Shown: positions 1-9,263, counted from the stretch's first letter. The stretch is 24,000 nucleotides of DNA from an uncultured Candidatus Saccharibacteria bacterium (GCA_964536005.1 CAZHXE010000001.1:7067-31066), one strand, 5' to 3'. Translations and numbers: made by a program. The notes: generated by a model not told the origin, from the sequence alone.

Positions 1-593
1 CCGTCGCTGGCGTCGTTGTCTTTTTCGAAGTAGGCGTGCGGGAAGGCAGTGGCGCGTAGCTTGTTGAACTCAATTTCGCAGTGTTGCTCCAGTGACTCCC
101 CTACCATCTTGGTCGAGAGCTTGGCCTTCATGTCTTTGTAGTAGGCGATCATCTCGTCTTTGGTTTTAAGCTCGCCTTCGTACTTTTCTTTTAGCGCCGA
201 CTCGAGTAGCTTAGCCTCGCTCTCTTTGGTCTTTAGGTCGTTTGCTAGACTATCGCGTTCTTTTTCTAGCTGGTTGACGGCTTCGACCAAAGCGAGCTTT
301 TTCTCGGTTTCCGATGACTCGACCTTGGCCTGCAACTTTGTGATCTCGGCGTCTTTTTCGGCCTTGAGCTCTACCAATTGTTTTTGCAGCTGCACAAACT
401 CGGTGCGCAACTCGCTCTTGGTCTTTTCCTCGGCGAGCTTGACCGCGTCCTCTTTGGACTTTTCGGCCAACTCTAGCCGCTCTTGTAGCTCAGCGGCAAA
501 CTGGTGGTCACGCACTTGCTTGAGAATATCAGCGTAGCCTGCTTCGTCGATCTTAAAGGCCTTTTGGCAGTGGGGGCATAGGATTTCGTTCAT
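1..593 (-). CDS. DUF2130-family protein, N-terminal ~197 codons (3' end runs off the window)
   Basis: Absent from the ORF track because it is open to the window edge. The reverse complement of 541-593 reads ATG AAC GAA ATC CTA TGC CCC CAC TGC CAA AAG GCC TTT AAG = MNEILCPHCQKAFKIDEAGYADILKQVRDHQFAAELQERL... A long Glu/Lys/Leu coiled-coil follows, then ...MVGESLEQHCEIEFNKLRATAFPHAYFEKDND. The CPxC N-terminus, ILKQVRDHQF and the coiled coil match my recollection of DUF2130 proteins. The listed + ORF 160..537 (Ser-rich) is its antisense shadow. Confidence 0.75.
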   Translation of the reverse strand, partial: MNEILCPHCQKAFKIDEAGYADILKQVRDHQFAAELQERLELAEKSKEDAVKLAEEKTKSELRTEFVQLQKQLVELKAEKDAEITKLQAKVESSETEKKLALVEAVNQLEKERDSLANDLKTKESEAKLLESALKEKYEGELKTKDEMIAYYKDMKAKLSTKMVGESLEQHCEIEFNKLRATAFPHAYFEKDNDASD

Positions 594-768
594 AACATGT
601 ATTATACAGGTGTTACGAGCTTGCCTTAACTTCCGTATCGCTATAAATGCGTGGAGGGTTGGCGTAAAAGTTCACATAGAGAGTTAAATACTGCTAAACT
701 AAGCTCAGCATGAGCATTTATAAGCTTACACTCAGATTAACCGTGGCTCAGTCCGAAGCGAGCTGTTG

Positions 769-2379
769 ATGGCGATATTAAATAACGCTGGATCTACGTT
801 TTCACGACTCATACAACGTCGTTCGGCACCTCTGTTTTTTGCGGGCATCTTTGCTGCAATTGGGTTAGTTATGCTTATAGGTTCCTTTGCAGCGATAAAG
901 CCAAATGCTAAAGCGACTGAGGCTGAAACAGCTGGCAATGGGAGTGGCACCACGGTGGCTAGTGACCCACTGGCATCGGGCGGCAGCTATTTGGAATTTA
1001 GCTCGGTAGATACACCAGGTACACAAATGGCTAGTACAGTGACGCAGTACGGTGTAACGTGGACGTTCGACAAAGCATATGAAGTTGGGCAATTTGCAAA
1101 TGGCGATTGGTGGGTGCTTGGACCGGTGGTTGTTACTGCGATCAGCCCCAACTTTAGTTCTGGTCGCAACGGGTGGGAAGCCAACCCGAGCTCGCCAAAC
1201 AACCAAGGACTTGATAGCAGACTAGAAAATTACAGCGCAACAAGGGTTCCTGCACTTCCCTACACTGCATCGCCAAACACGTCGATCCTTAAGGGTGTTT
1301 CAAGAAGTGGAACATGCGGCAATGACGGAGCCAATCATTATCCTTGCCTCACGACAGCTGCAGTTTTGACTGTGCTTGGCAGCGTGCCTGCGAATAACGG
1401 CGCGACAGTATTCCGGCCACCTTTCTTTGGCGCAAACAAGCCGCTGTATACAACCACTCAATTGCAAACAAATATTTTGCCTTCGTTTGCACCAACGGCA
1501 GGTGCGCCAACGCTTACACGTGCTGCGAGGCGGTACCAGCGTGTGCAGCTCGACTATATAACTGTGTGGACGGGCCGCTACATGCACGCTTCAGAAAACT
1601 TTGCGTTTACTGACAACCCCAATAACGACGATGTGTCCGAGTATGGCTCGGAAATCGCTCGCGATGCAGATATTGTTGCTCTAAGGCTACTGTTGAACGA
1701 CTCGCTCACCGCAAAGATGCCAGCGGTAATCAACTATGTGCAAGCAGGCATCGATATTTATGGCATGCATGCTGGCGGCGTGACGTGGGTGTCGGATGGC
1801 GGGCATATGCTCGGCAGAAAACTGCCTGCTGTGTATGCGGCCACGCTCCTCAACGACACGACGATGAAGAATGAGATAAAGAATGCAACCTATGCTTCGT
1901 ACGGCGACGATGGCCATGCTTATACGACCACTAACAGCAAAACGGTTGCCGCTATGCAGGCTGCAGGTTATGCGCCGGTACTCTGGGGCAAGCCATGCGG
2001 CAATGGCGAATATGAAACTCAACAGAGCATCGATAGCGGACCGCGCGATTGCAGGGATCCTATCGGCATGATCGACGGCGGTGAGGCGCCTGGCGAAAGC
2101 TACCAGGACTGCTGCACTTCTCAGGGCATGAAGGGAGCCTCATTGGCCACCAGGTTGTTGCCAGGCGCAAAGGCGGTTTGGAACTATCAGCCGTATCACG
2201 ATTTTGCAGATCGATGGGTAGGATTTGGCGCATGGGCGTCACCCGATGACTGGAATAGCTTGGGGCGCTCGCCTTCACGTAACTACACGGGCAATCATGG
2301 CAGCAACCGCGATGGCGGAAGCTACGGGGACACCTTTATTGATTCTATGTGGACAGCATATCGAGCTCAGGCTGAATAA
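769..2379 (+). CDS. secreted/membrane-anchored protein of unknown function
   Basis: The ORF-track entry 766..2379 begins at TTG, with an ATG immediately after at 769. The N-terminus RRSAPLFFAGIFAAIGLVMLIGSFAA looks like a signal anchor. It is followed by a PNAK..E.ET....VASD..ASGGSYLEF module shared with the 446-aa protein at 7185..8525. It is a long uninterrupted ORF with several Cys and many Trp/Gly in the mature part. I recognise no catalytic motif. Confidence 0.8.
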   Translation: MAILNNAGSTFSRLIQRRSAPLFFAGIFAAIGLVMLIGSFAAIKPNAKATEAETAGNGSGTTVASDPLASGGSYLEFSSVDTPGTQMASTVTQYGVTWTFDKAYEVGQFANGDWWVLGPVVVTAISPNFSSGRNGWEANPSSPNNQGLDSRLENYSATRVPALPYTASPNTSILKGVSRSGTCGNDGANHYPCLTTAAVLTVLGSVPANNGATVFRPPFFGANKPLYTTTQLQTNILPSFAPTAGAPTLTRAARRYQRVQLDYITVWTGRYMHASENFAFTDNPNNDDVSEYGSEIARDADIVALRLLLNDSLTAKMPAVINYVQAGIDIYGMHAGGVTWVSDGGHMLGRKLPAVYAATLLNDTTMKNEIKNATYASYGDDGHAYTTTNSKTVAAMQAAGYAPVLWGKPCGNGEYETQQSIDSGPRDCRDPIGMIDGGEAPGESYQDCCTSQGMKGASLATRLLPGAKAVWNYQPYHDFADRWVGFGAWASPDDWNSLGRSPSRNYTGNHGSNRDGGSYGDTFIDSMWTAYRAQAE

Positions 2380-2518
2380 TTTCCACTCTATCCGTAGATG
2401 ATGCGCAGCGTAAAAAGGCCTTCGTTTGCCCGCTACTAATCTATGCAAATATCAGCACGGCTGCATGTAACCTAACCAAGCCGTGACACGCCTCAATATT
2501 GCCAGCAAAATATGATAA

Positions 2519-2558
2519 CAAAAAAGCCGCCGCTGCTAGGTGTGTGCGACGGCTTTTG
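2519..2558. terminator. candidate bidirectional intrinsic terminator between convergent genes
   Basis: AGCCGCCG (2525-2532) pairs with CGACGGCT (2547-2554) with one C/A mismatch and a 14-nt loop. An A-run lies upstream (2517-2525) and TTTT downstream (2554-2557), so it reads as hairpin plus U-tract on either strand. It sits between the stops at 2379 (+) and 2575 (-). Confidence 0.5.
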
Positions 2559-2574
2559 CATGCCTACCAGACCA

Positions 2575-5500
2575 CTATTGGAGCGTGACGTCGATCCAAT
2601 AGTTGGTATTGTTGAACGATGAGGTTGGGAATCCTCCACCGTAGCGGTAGACGCCGCCAGAAACGAGCGTCGAAAGCGGACCGTTGGCGATTGGGTTGGC
2701 CAGTCCAGCGCTCGTGAAGCTGTACAAGCCCGTTGGTGAACGGTACGAGGCTGTATATGTGGCTCCCGCTGTGATGTTTATAGGACTCGCGAACGTGGCG
2801 GTCTGCCAGCCACTGGCTGTTTCGTTGGCTGTTGTGGCTGTGCCAAGGGCAACACCGTTACTATCCCAGAGGGTCATTGTGTGCGACGTTAAACCATCAC
2901 TGGCACCACGGTAGTAGTGAATTTGGCTGATTGCGCCATTTTGGCTACTGGTGAACTTTATGCCTAGCTCAACATCGGCATCGGTGATGGTCGAGACTGT
3001 CTGCGGACTTGGTGCCCAGAAAGAGTATGTCGTCACACCAGCCGTGAATTGGCTGGTGTATGGAATGGCAAGTGCTACTCCGTTGGCATCTGTCACGGAT
3101 GTTGCAATTGACACAGAGTAGGTTTTGTTTGGAGTCAAAGCGCTACTAGGATCTATGACTATTGTATTGTTAGCTGGCGCGTAGCTAATGGTGGCTGCAA
3201 CCGGTGTTTGACCATCGAGCAGCTGAACATTGGCATTGTTGGCTGTGGCCGAATCCAGCGGTTCACTAAAGCTCACTTCAACATTCGTTTGTACATTCAC
3301 GCCCGTAGCATTATTTGTTGGGCTGGCACTGGTGACAATTGGCGCTGTAGTGTCTTGACCATAACTGGCAGTATATGTGCCGCTGGTAGTAGTGAACACT
3401 GCGTAGGACACGCCTTTAATTGTCTCGGTCGTAAAGCTAACGTTCTGGCCATCTTTTGCAAGGCTTAATAGCACACCGTTTTTACTAGAAAGTGGCATGA
3501 GGCCACGCATCATTGATCGGGCTTTCGCGTCGACCGTAGCGCTGAAGCTAAACTCTGAGCCATTCCATGACGAGTTTGTAAAGTATGAATTGTTGCGAGC
3601 ATCTGTCCAGTCGAGCATTTGTTGGCCAGAAACAAGCGGTACTCCCCTCGCCTTTGCCGATGCGACCAGCTGGCGGTCGAACTGGTCGGAGTAATCGTAG
3701 TGCGTACCAAACGCGCCGTAGTAGCCTTCACTGCCCAAAGCCCGATCGAGCAGTACGTTAATGTTTTGCGGGAAGGTCTGCCCGCTCTCATTAACGAGGT
3801 GTGAAGGCAACTGATAGGTGTCGATGAGCTTTCCGTCGAGATCGGCATAGCGCATATTCATACCCGACCCGGTCATAAAGCCCGGTCGGTTTTGCACCCA
3901 ACTGCCTGGCCAGTAGTAGTAATTGAGATCCTGCCTGAGGCCAACAGCCGCGCCAATCTTAGCCCCCTCTGCGTAGGTGCTCCAGGCGATACAATGAATT
4001 CGGTTTACGTGCTGTGCTGGCAAGCTGGTGTATTTGGCTTGGAAGTCGGCCAGCTCGCTTGCGTATGCATTGGCGAGTGATGTTGGCGTCCAATCGTTGC
4101 AGCCTGTGCTCGCATGTACGCCGAAGTCAAAGCCTTGGTTGTAGTATCCTAATGCCTGAGTGTCGGCTACAGGCGTGCTGGTGTAAATGAGAGAGGTTGA
4201 GCGAATACACTCCCAATCCTCTACAACGCAGCCTGGAGTGCTCTCGGCCAGTTGGTGATTGAGCGCGCTAACTGTACCAGTGGCGGTAGCATGGTCGTCG
4301 GCTACCATGACAACGACCGCCTTTTTGTTGTACGGGAAGTACGCGAGTTTTGGTAGCGGCTTGCTATCCTCGTTTACATCGGCGATGATGTTAGCCAGCA
4401 GGCGCTGCTGCTCATCGGCTTGTGGGATCATTACCTTATTGAGGTTAACGTAATCTGGTTGCACGTCGCCCACTTTAGCACCGTAGAACAAGTCATTCGG
4501 TCGGATTGGCGCGCTGCCGTCGCGCTCGTCGCCTGACCAAGCGGGATTACCCTGGTGTGTGTAAACAATCGATTTCGCTAAGTCGTAAGTAAAGGCTGCA
4601 GCTTGTCCACCGTTGACTCCAACGGAGCGGATTGTGACAGCTGGATTATTTGTAGTGGCTGTGGAGCTGCTGAATAGCGTGGCAACCGTCTGGGTGCCGA
4701 TCTGGGCTGTGTAGTTGTCGGCGCTGCCATGATATTGCATGGTCTCGCCCACTATGCCACTGCCGGGACTTTGACTGGTATTTACTTGCATGTAAGCGTC
4801 GCTCATGACGGATGCTTGGTCGGTTAGACCCAGCAAGTTTGCAAGTTTTTTGTCTGGGTGCATAGCAATGAGGTTGCCACCGTTGTTGACGTAATTGGTA
4901 AGTGTCGTCACTTGATTGTCGCTGAGCGCCATATCGCCGAGTAAAACGACATCGTATTGGCCAAGCAGCACGCTGTTGACGTCGGCAAGCTCAACGGTCT
5001 TGAATGAGTTGAGGCCCTCGGCGCGTAGAATTTCGCTGTAATATGCGCTAAACGGATTATCGTTGTCGGTAACGATCAAGATTGGTCCATCGTGGCCTTG
5101 CGAGAGTGGGTCTATCTCTGTTGCAGGGCCAGTCACAGTTGTAAAGTTCCAGCTGTAAGCGCTTGCCAGTGAGTTGCCCGCGATGTCTTTGACGCCCGTG
5201 CTGAGGCTTGCCTGGTAGCTCGTACCGGCATCCAGGGCGGCTTGTGGCACAATATTTATCGCGTTTGTACTGGTGTTGTAGCTAATGGACGAGGTTACCA
5301 CTGCCTGGGTCTGGGTATTAGTAAGCGTAACATTGGCGGTAGTTACCGTAGTCTCGTCGATTGGTTCGCTCATGAGCGCGGCGATGGTTGTGTCGGTGGC
5401 TACATTGGTAGCATTATTGCCTGGGATGACTTCGGTTACTGTCGGCTTGGTCGTGTCAGAGGTGTCGGCTACTAGTATATCTACCCAATAGTTAGAGGCA

Positions 5501-6834
5501 TTATAGCTTTGGCTTGGGAATCCACTCGCACCGTATTTATAGACACCGTTGCCACCGGAGACGCCGTTAGCCAGCGCGGATAAAATGCCACTCGTAACGG
5601 TGTTGTTGCTAAAATAGCTTTCGTTTACGGAGTAGCGGCCTTTTGGTGCATGATACGAAACTACGTAGGTTGTGTTGGCGGCAATCGCGACCGGTGATCC
5701 AAAATTTGCCGTCTGCCAGCCACTCGCTGTTTCGTTTGTGAATGTGACTGTTGCTAGCTTGTTGCCTGCGTTATCCCACAGGTTGCCTACGTGCGTACCG
5801 GTATTGGCGGTACCCTTATAAAACTTAAGCCCCACCACACTTGTTGCCTGTGAGCTCCTAAACTTCATACCCAATTCAACAGCGGCAGTGTCACTGTCGC
5901 TGAGTACTGCGGGCGTTGTAGTGTTTGGCCAAACGCTCGAGGTGCTGAGAGCTGTGTTATTGGTTGATATGGCGACTGGTGAGCTCGTTGCTGTGTTGCC
6001 AGCGGCATCTGTGGCCATGGCTGTGATAGTATGAACGCCATTTGGCAGAAGAGAACTATTCCAGGCAACCGAGTACGGGCTGGTTGTATCGGCGGAGCCC
6101 ACGTTATTGCCATCAACTTTAAATTGAACACTGCTAACACCAACGTTATCGCTGGCATTTGCTGCGAGGTTTATGGTGCCGCTCACTGAGGCGTTGTTAG
6201 CTGGACTTGTAACTGACACAGTTGGTGCCGACGTGTCGCTCGAATTGCTCGTTACTACATCTACCCAATAGTTGCTTTGGTTATAGCTTTGATTTGGGAA
6301 AGCAGAGCTTGAGCCGTATTTATAGACACCATTGCCGCCGTCGGTTCCGCTCTGTAAGGCTGTCAATGTGCCATTAGTGCGAGCTGACGCAAAATATCCT
6401 TCGGTGACTGAGTAATGGCCATTTGGCGCATAATAAGAAATTACGTAGGTTGTATCGGCGGCTATACCGATTGGGCTTGCAAAGCTGGCTTCTTGCCAGC
6501 CGCTGGCCGACTCACTGCCAAATGTGACAGTCGCAAGTTTGTTGCCGGCAGCGTCCCAGAGGTTGCCAACGTGTGTGCCGGTGTTAGCAGTACCCTTGTA
6601 AAATCGTAGGCCGGTGACGGTTGTGGCGACAGAACTTCTGAACTTCGTTCCTAGCTCTACTCCGCTAGTGTCGGGGTCGCTCAGAACAGCTGGCGTATCG
6701 GATGGCGCCCAAATGCTAAGTGCTCTAGATGACTTAGGAAATAAGACTGCAAAACTGCCAAATGACAGCAAGGCAGCCAGTGTAAAAATACTTAGCTTCT
6801 TGCTAAGGTGTTTTTTGCGCTGGCGCAATATCAT
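2575..6834 (-). CDS. giant secreted surface protein: 3x DUF4082-like modules, bacterial Ig-like domains, large central alpha/beta region
   Basis: The ORF-track entry 2575..6882 starts at GTG. The internal ATG at 6834 is preceded by AAAGGGG (SD) 6 nt upstream and gives a classic signal peptide, MILRQRKKHLSKKLSIFTLAALLSFGSFAVLFPKSSRA/LS. Three modules carry the signature ..VELG.KF.S...G.....YKG..NTGTH.G.LWD..G..LA..TF..E.ASGWQ...F..P......TYV.SY....G.YS.......NYWVD. They lie at approx. nt 6250-6720, 5475-5937 and 2578-3015 and match my recollection of DUF4082. Segments such as PTVTEVIPGNNATNVATDTTIAALMSEPIDETTVTTANVTL look like SbsA/Big_5-type Ig domains. Confidence 0.9.
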   Translation of the reverse strand: MILRQRKKHLSKKLSIFTLAALLSFGSFAVLFPKSSRALSIWAPSDTPAVLSDPDTSGVELGTKFRSSVATTVTGLRFYKGTANTGTHVGNLWDAAGNKLATVTFGSESASGWQEASFASPIGIAADTTYVISYYAPNGHYSVTEGYFASARTNGTLTALQSGTDGGNGVYKYGSSSAFPNQSYNQSNYWVDVVTSNSSDTSAPTVSVTSPANNASVSGTINLAANASDNVGVSSVQFKVDGNNVGSADTTSPYSVAWNSSLLPNGVHTITAMATDAAGNTATSSPVAISTNNTALSTSSVWPNTTTPAVLSDSDTAAVELGMKFRSSQATSVVGLKFYKGTANTGTHVGNLWDNAGNKLATVTFTNETASGWQTANFGSPVAIAANTTYVVSYHAPKGRYSVNESYFSNNTVTSGILSALANGVSGGNGVYKYGASGFPSQSYNASNYWVDILVADTSDTTKPTVTEVIPGNNATNVATDTTIAALMSEPIDETTVTTANVTLTNTQTQAVVTSSISYNTSTNAINIVPQAALDAGTSYQASLSTGVKDIAGNSLASAYSWNFTTVTGPATEIDPLSQGHDGPILIVTDNDNPFSAYYSEILRAEGLNSFKTVELADVNSVLLGQYDVVLLGDMALSDNQVTTLTNYVNNGGNLIAMHPDKKLANLLGLTDQASVMSDAYMQVNTSQSPGSGIVGETMQYHGSADNYTAQIGTQTVATLFSSSTATTNNPAVTIRSVGVNGGQAAAFTYDLAKSIVYTHQGNPAWSGDERDGSAPIRPNDLFYGAKVGDVQPDYVNLNKVMIPQADEQQRLLANIIADVNEDSKPLPKLAYFPYNKKAVVVMVADDHATATGTVSALNHQLAESTPGCVVEDWECIRSTSLIYTSTPVADTQALGYYNQGFDFGVHASTGCNDWTPTSLANAYASELADFQAKYTSLPAQHVNRIHCIAWSTYAEGAKIGAAVGLRQDLNYYYWPGSWVQNRPGFMTGSGMNMRYADLDGKLIDTYQLPSHLVNESGQTFPQNINVLLDRALGSEGYYGAFGTHYDYSDQFDRQLVASAKARGVPLVSGQQMLDWTDARNNSYFTNSSWNGSEFSFSATVDAKARSMMRGLMPLSSKNGVLLSLAKDGQNVSFTTETIKGVSYAVFTTTSGTYTASYGQDTTAPIVTSASPTNNATGVNVQTNVEVSFSEPLDSATANNANVQLLDGQTPVAATISYAPANNTIVIDPSSALTPNKTYSVSIATSVTDANGVALAIPYTSQFTAGVTTYSFWAPSPQTVSTITDADVELGIKFTSSQNGAISQIHYYRGASDGLTSHTMTLWDSNGVALGTATTANETASGWQTATFASPINITAGATYTASYRSPTGLYSFTSAGLANPIANGPLSTLVSGGVYRYGGGFPTSSFNNTNYWIDVTLQ

Positions 6835-6853
6835 GCTATACCCCTTTATTGTG

Positions 6854-7144
6854 TTACATAAAGTAGTATATATTACAGACACATCTGTTGGAAAGTGCTA
6901 GCGCTATCCCACGAGCATTGTTGAATCCCTTCGCATTGCTATAGCGACAGATGACTTTGTTTTCGTAAACTTCTGGTTCTTGTAGTGTTATCTGGCCTAG
7001 GTCTTTGGTGTCAATGATTTTGTGGGTTTTGTATCTTTTTGTCCATTTGGTGCTAAACCTGCCCTCGGCGCGATCCCTAAAGCGGGCTTCCGGTGTGCGG
7101 TCTTTGTACCATATAGGTCTTCGTCCCTTGGTGTAGTTTGGCAA
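6854..7144 (-). CDS. hypothetical basic 96-aa ORF (doubtful)
   Basis: The ORF starts at TTG and is Lys/Arg-rich (PNYTKGRRPIWYKDRTPEARFRDRAEGRFSTKWTKRYKTHK...). Its 3' end overlaps the leader/promoter region of the giant gene. I see no SD and recognise no family. It fills an otherwise empty 300-bp gap, so it could be a gene remnant. Confidence 0.2.
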   Translation of the reverse strand: MPNYTKGRRPIWYKDRTPEARFRDRAEGRFSTKWTKRYKTHKIIDTKDLGQITLQEPEVYENKVICRYSNAKGFNNARGIALALSNRCVCNIYYFM

Positions 7145-7184
7145 AAGCTAATCGATAAAATTGGCGGTCGGCACGTACTTACGC

Positions 7185-8525
7185 TTACCTCTGCCTAATA
7201 CCAACTGGACCGCCATCAGAGGCGCCAGTTATGCCAGGTGAATTTGCTGCAAGCTTAAAACCTTCCCAAGTGGTTGGGTTTGACCCACCTTCAAACACGG
7301 GCACACCGCTGAAATTTTGTCCACTCACGCCCGAGCGCAACATGTTGTTGCGATTAACTGCGGCAGTAGAGCTGTTTTGCAGACTCACTACGTAGGCAAC
7401 GTTGTCATACACTTGTGTACCAGTACCGACCGGGTCAGACGTCTTTCGGCTGAGTATTATATGACCACAAGGCGCATAGTCGCAGGTGGTGCGGTACACC
7501 AGCGTGTTGTAGCGGACAATTGAATTCGTGTCGGAATAGAGCTCTATCCCCCATCGCCCACTTTGGATGTCTACAACGTTGTTTTCTATGAGTACGTTAT
7601 CCACTCCATCGTATGCAACGATTCCGTCGGCGACATTGTGAATATAGTTACCTCGTACGATTGAACCAGTCGCGCCGATGAGCTGGATTGGATCGGAGTG
7701 TGGAGAGGTATCCCACCACCCCGTGCAAACCGCGCCATGCTCCGCGATATCATCGAATTCGTTATTGATAATGTTGACACCCACACCTGACTGAATACCG
7801 TCCTTATGTCCACCTTTGAAAAGAGAGTTCCTAACGGTTACGCCGGAGTGTGTTGCTTGAGAATATGGAAAATGTATGGCGCCAGCTGGCACGTCTGCAC
7901 AGGCGTAGGTGCCAGATCCTGAACTTGGGAAGTTAATATTGATGTGAGTGTTGCTATCAAGCAAAATATTGGAATTTGTGACCCCATCTATGGTGAGCGA
8001 AGTGGTGAAAGCAGTGTTCTTGATGGTTATGTCCTTTGCGCCGTTCAGGATTGTGCCGCCCGCTCCCGACAGCCCATCAAGCGTAAATCCGTTGTCGCCG
8101 GTAGTAAAGTTAAACAACATGGTTGCCGTAGCACCGGCCGCTGCCTTGATGGTTATCGCCTTGTTCGTGCCAGCGAATGTGCCGTAATTGCCACTCGCCA
8201 GACATATGGTCTGACCAACAGTGGCAGCAGTAATCTGCGATGCCAGGGTGGTTGCATTTGAGGCATTCAGATCGCACGTCCCGCCTGTGCTGACGGGGTT
8301 GAATTGTAAAAAGGATGAGCCAGAGGCCGTGCCATCAGACGCAACTGATGTATCGTTGGCACTGACATATGTTTCACCTTCGGCCACCTTTGCATTAGGT
8401 GACGTTGCCGCAAAAGAACGATACAGGATAATTGATCCTACGGCCGCAAACGCAACGGCAAAAAGAAGTGGCAGACCGCTGTTTGGCCGCTGGAAATTTA
8501 GAGATTTAGAGAAAAGCTTTTTCAT
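7185..8525 (-). CDS. secreted right-handed parallel beta-helix (pectate-lyase-fold) protein
   Basis: It has an ATG start and an N-terminal signal anchor (LPLLFAVAFAAVGSIILYRSFAA), then the shared PNAK..ASGSSFLQF module. Repeated beta-helix rungs follow: ITIKNTAF, ILLDSNTHI, VTVRNSLF, VNIINNEFDDI, IVRGNYIHNVADGI, VLIENNVVDI, IVRYNTLVY (PbH1-like repeats). Confidence 0.85.
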   Translation of the reverse strand: MKKLFSKSLNFQRPNSGLPLLFAVAFAAVGSIILYRSFAATSPNAKVAEGETYVSANDTSVASDGTASGSSFLQFNPVSTGGTCDLNASNATTLASQITAATVGQTICLASGNYGTFAGTNKAITIKAAAGATATMLFNFTTGDNGFTLDGLSGAGGTILNGAKDITIKNTAFTTSLTIDGVTNSNILLDSNTHININFPSSGSGTYACADVPAGAIHFPYSQATHSGVTVRNSLFKGGHKDGIQSGVGVNIINNEFDDIAEHGAVCTGWWDTSPHSDPIQLIGATGSIVRGNYIHNVADGIVAYDGVDNVLIENNVVDIQSGRWGIELYSDTNSIVRYNTLVYRTTCDYAPCGHIILSRKTSDPVGTGTQVYDNVAYVVSLQNSSTAAVNRNNMLRSGVSGQNFSGVPVFEGGSNPTTWEGFKLAANSPGITGASDGGPVGIRQR

Positions 8526-8703
8526 GTTCTTTTCTATTTATTACTGTAGACAATAGTAACAGTATAAGCGTAATTGATTTGAAATTAAACGAGCCTTGTT
8601 CCTGTTGTGCTTGCTCATGCATACATCATATCCCAAAGGTACTGCACTTCCTGAAATTGCTCCTGGACTCTTAGCATGACGGATACGCTTAATGCTATTT
8701 GCT

Positions 8704-8732
8704 GTATATAGTTTATAATGTAAACTATATAC
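8704..8732 (+). promoter_or_regulatory. perfect 12-bp inverted repeat (candidate MarR operator) overlapping a TATAAT -10 box
   Basis: GTATATAGTTTA (8704-8715), spacer TAATG, TAAACTATATAC (8721-8732). The right arm ends one base before the MarR ATG at 8733. A consensus TATAAT lies at 8714-8719, only 14 nt from the ATG, and there is no SD in between. Confidence 0.6.
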
Positions 8733-9185
8733 ATGAAACCAATTTCCGAATTCTCTACATACCGAACAGGAATTCTGCAGGCGAAGGCGTACAGAAATCT
8801 TAAAAACTTTATGTACAGAACACTCAAAAAGCATGATTTAACATCCACGCAGTGGTCTATACTGGGCGTTATTAGCGATGAAACAAAAAATGGTGGAATC
8901 CGTGTCAGTGACCTGGCGGATATGCTTGATGTGAAGCGTTCATTTATAACCAATATGGTAAAAAAACTGATCGAAAATGGATACGCCGAGCATGCTTATG
9001 ACGAAGATGACGGACGAGTAAGGCTTGTGATCGCTACCGACAAAGCGCACCTAAAGGTAGTTGAAATTGAGCGCTACATGCGCAAAGAGATGCGCGAGTG
9101 GCTAAGTGATATCGAGCATCAAGATCTGGTTAGATACATCATGGTTCTGGATAAAATCTCACTTAAAAACAACACTCATAGTTAA
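8733..9185 (+). CDS. MarR-family transcriptional regulator
   Basis: 150 aa. LTSTQWSILGVISDETKNGGIRVSDLADMLDVKRSFITNMVKKLIENGYAEHAYDEDDGRVRLVIATDKA is a typical MarR winged-helix core: an LT..Q..L start, then the recognition helix, then the DxRxxxxxLT-like wing. Confidence 0.9.
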   Translation: MKPISEFSTYRTGILQAKAYRNLKNFMYRTLKKHDLTSTQWSILGVISDETKNGGIRVSDLADMLDVKRSFITNMVKKLIENGYAEHAYDEDDGRVRLVIATDKAHLKVVEIERYMRKEMREWLSDIEHQDLVRYIMVLDKISLKNNTHS

Positions 9186-9263
9186 GCTGGGTTAACCATA
9201 TTTTACTTAACTAAGTTAACTATCTATACTTACTCGTAGTTAGTAAATAACGAGAGGAAGTAT

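Noticed and set aside
160-537. 125-aa Ser-rich + strand ORF
   Set aside because: It has low-complexity Ser/Ala/Leu composition. It lies exactly antisense to a convincing DUF2130 reading frame (MNEILCPHCQKAF...) that runs off the window edge.
2684-6609. Many 60-110-aa ORFs on the + strand and in off-frames inside the giant gene (e.g. 2684..2914, 3208..3468, 3510..3848, 5242..5475, 5865..6158, 6415..6609)
   Set aside because: All are nested in or antisense to a 4.2-kb ORF with a clear domain signature. They have odd composition (Cys/Arg/Trp-rich) and no SD.
8541-8953. Minus-strand ORFs 8541..8834 and 8615..8953 across the MarR promoter and 5' end
   Set aside because: They overlap a well-supported MarR gene and its palindromic operator. 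They are AT-rich with odd composition and match no recognisable family.
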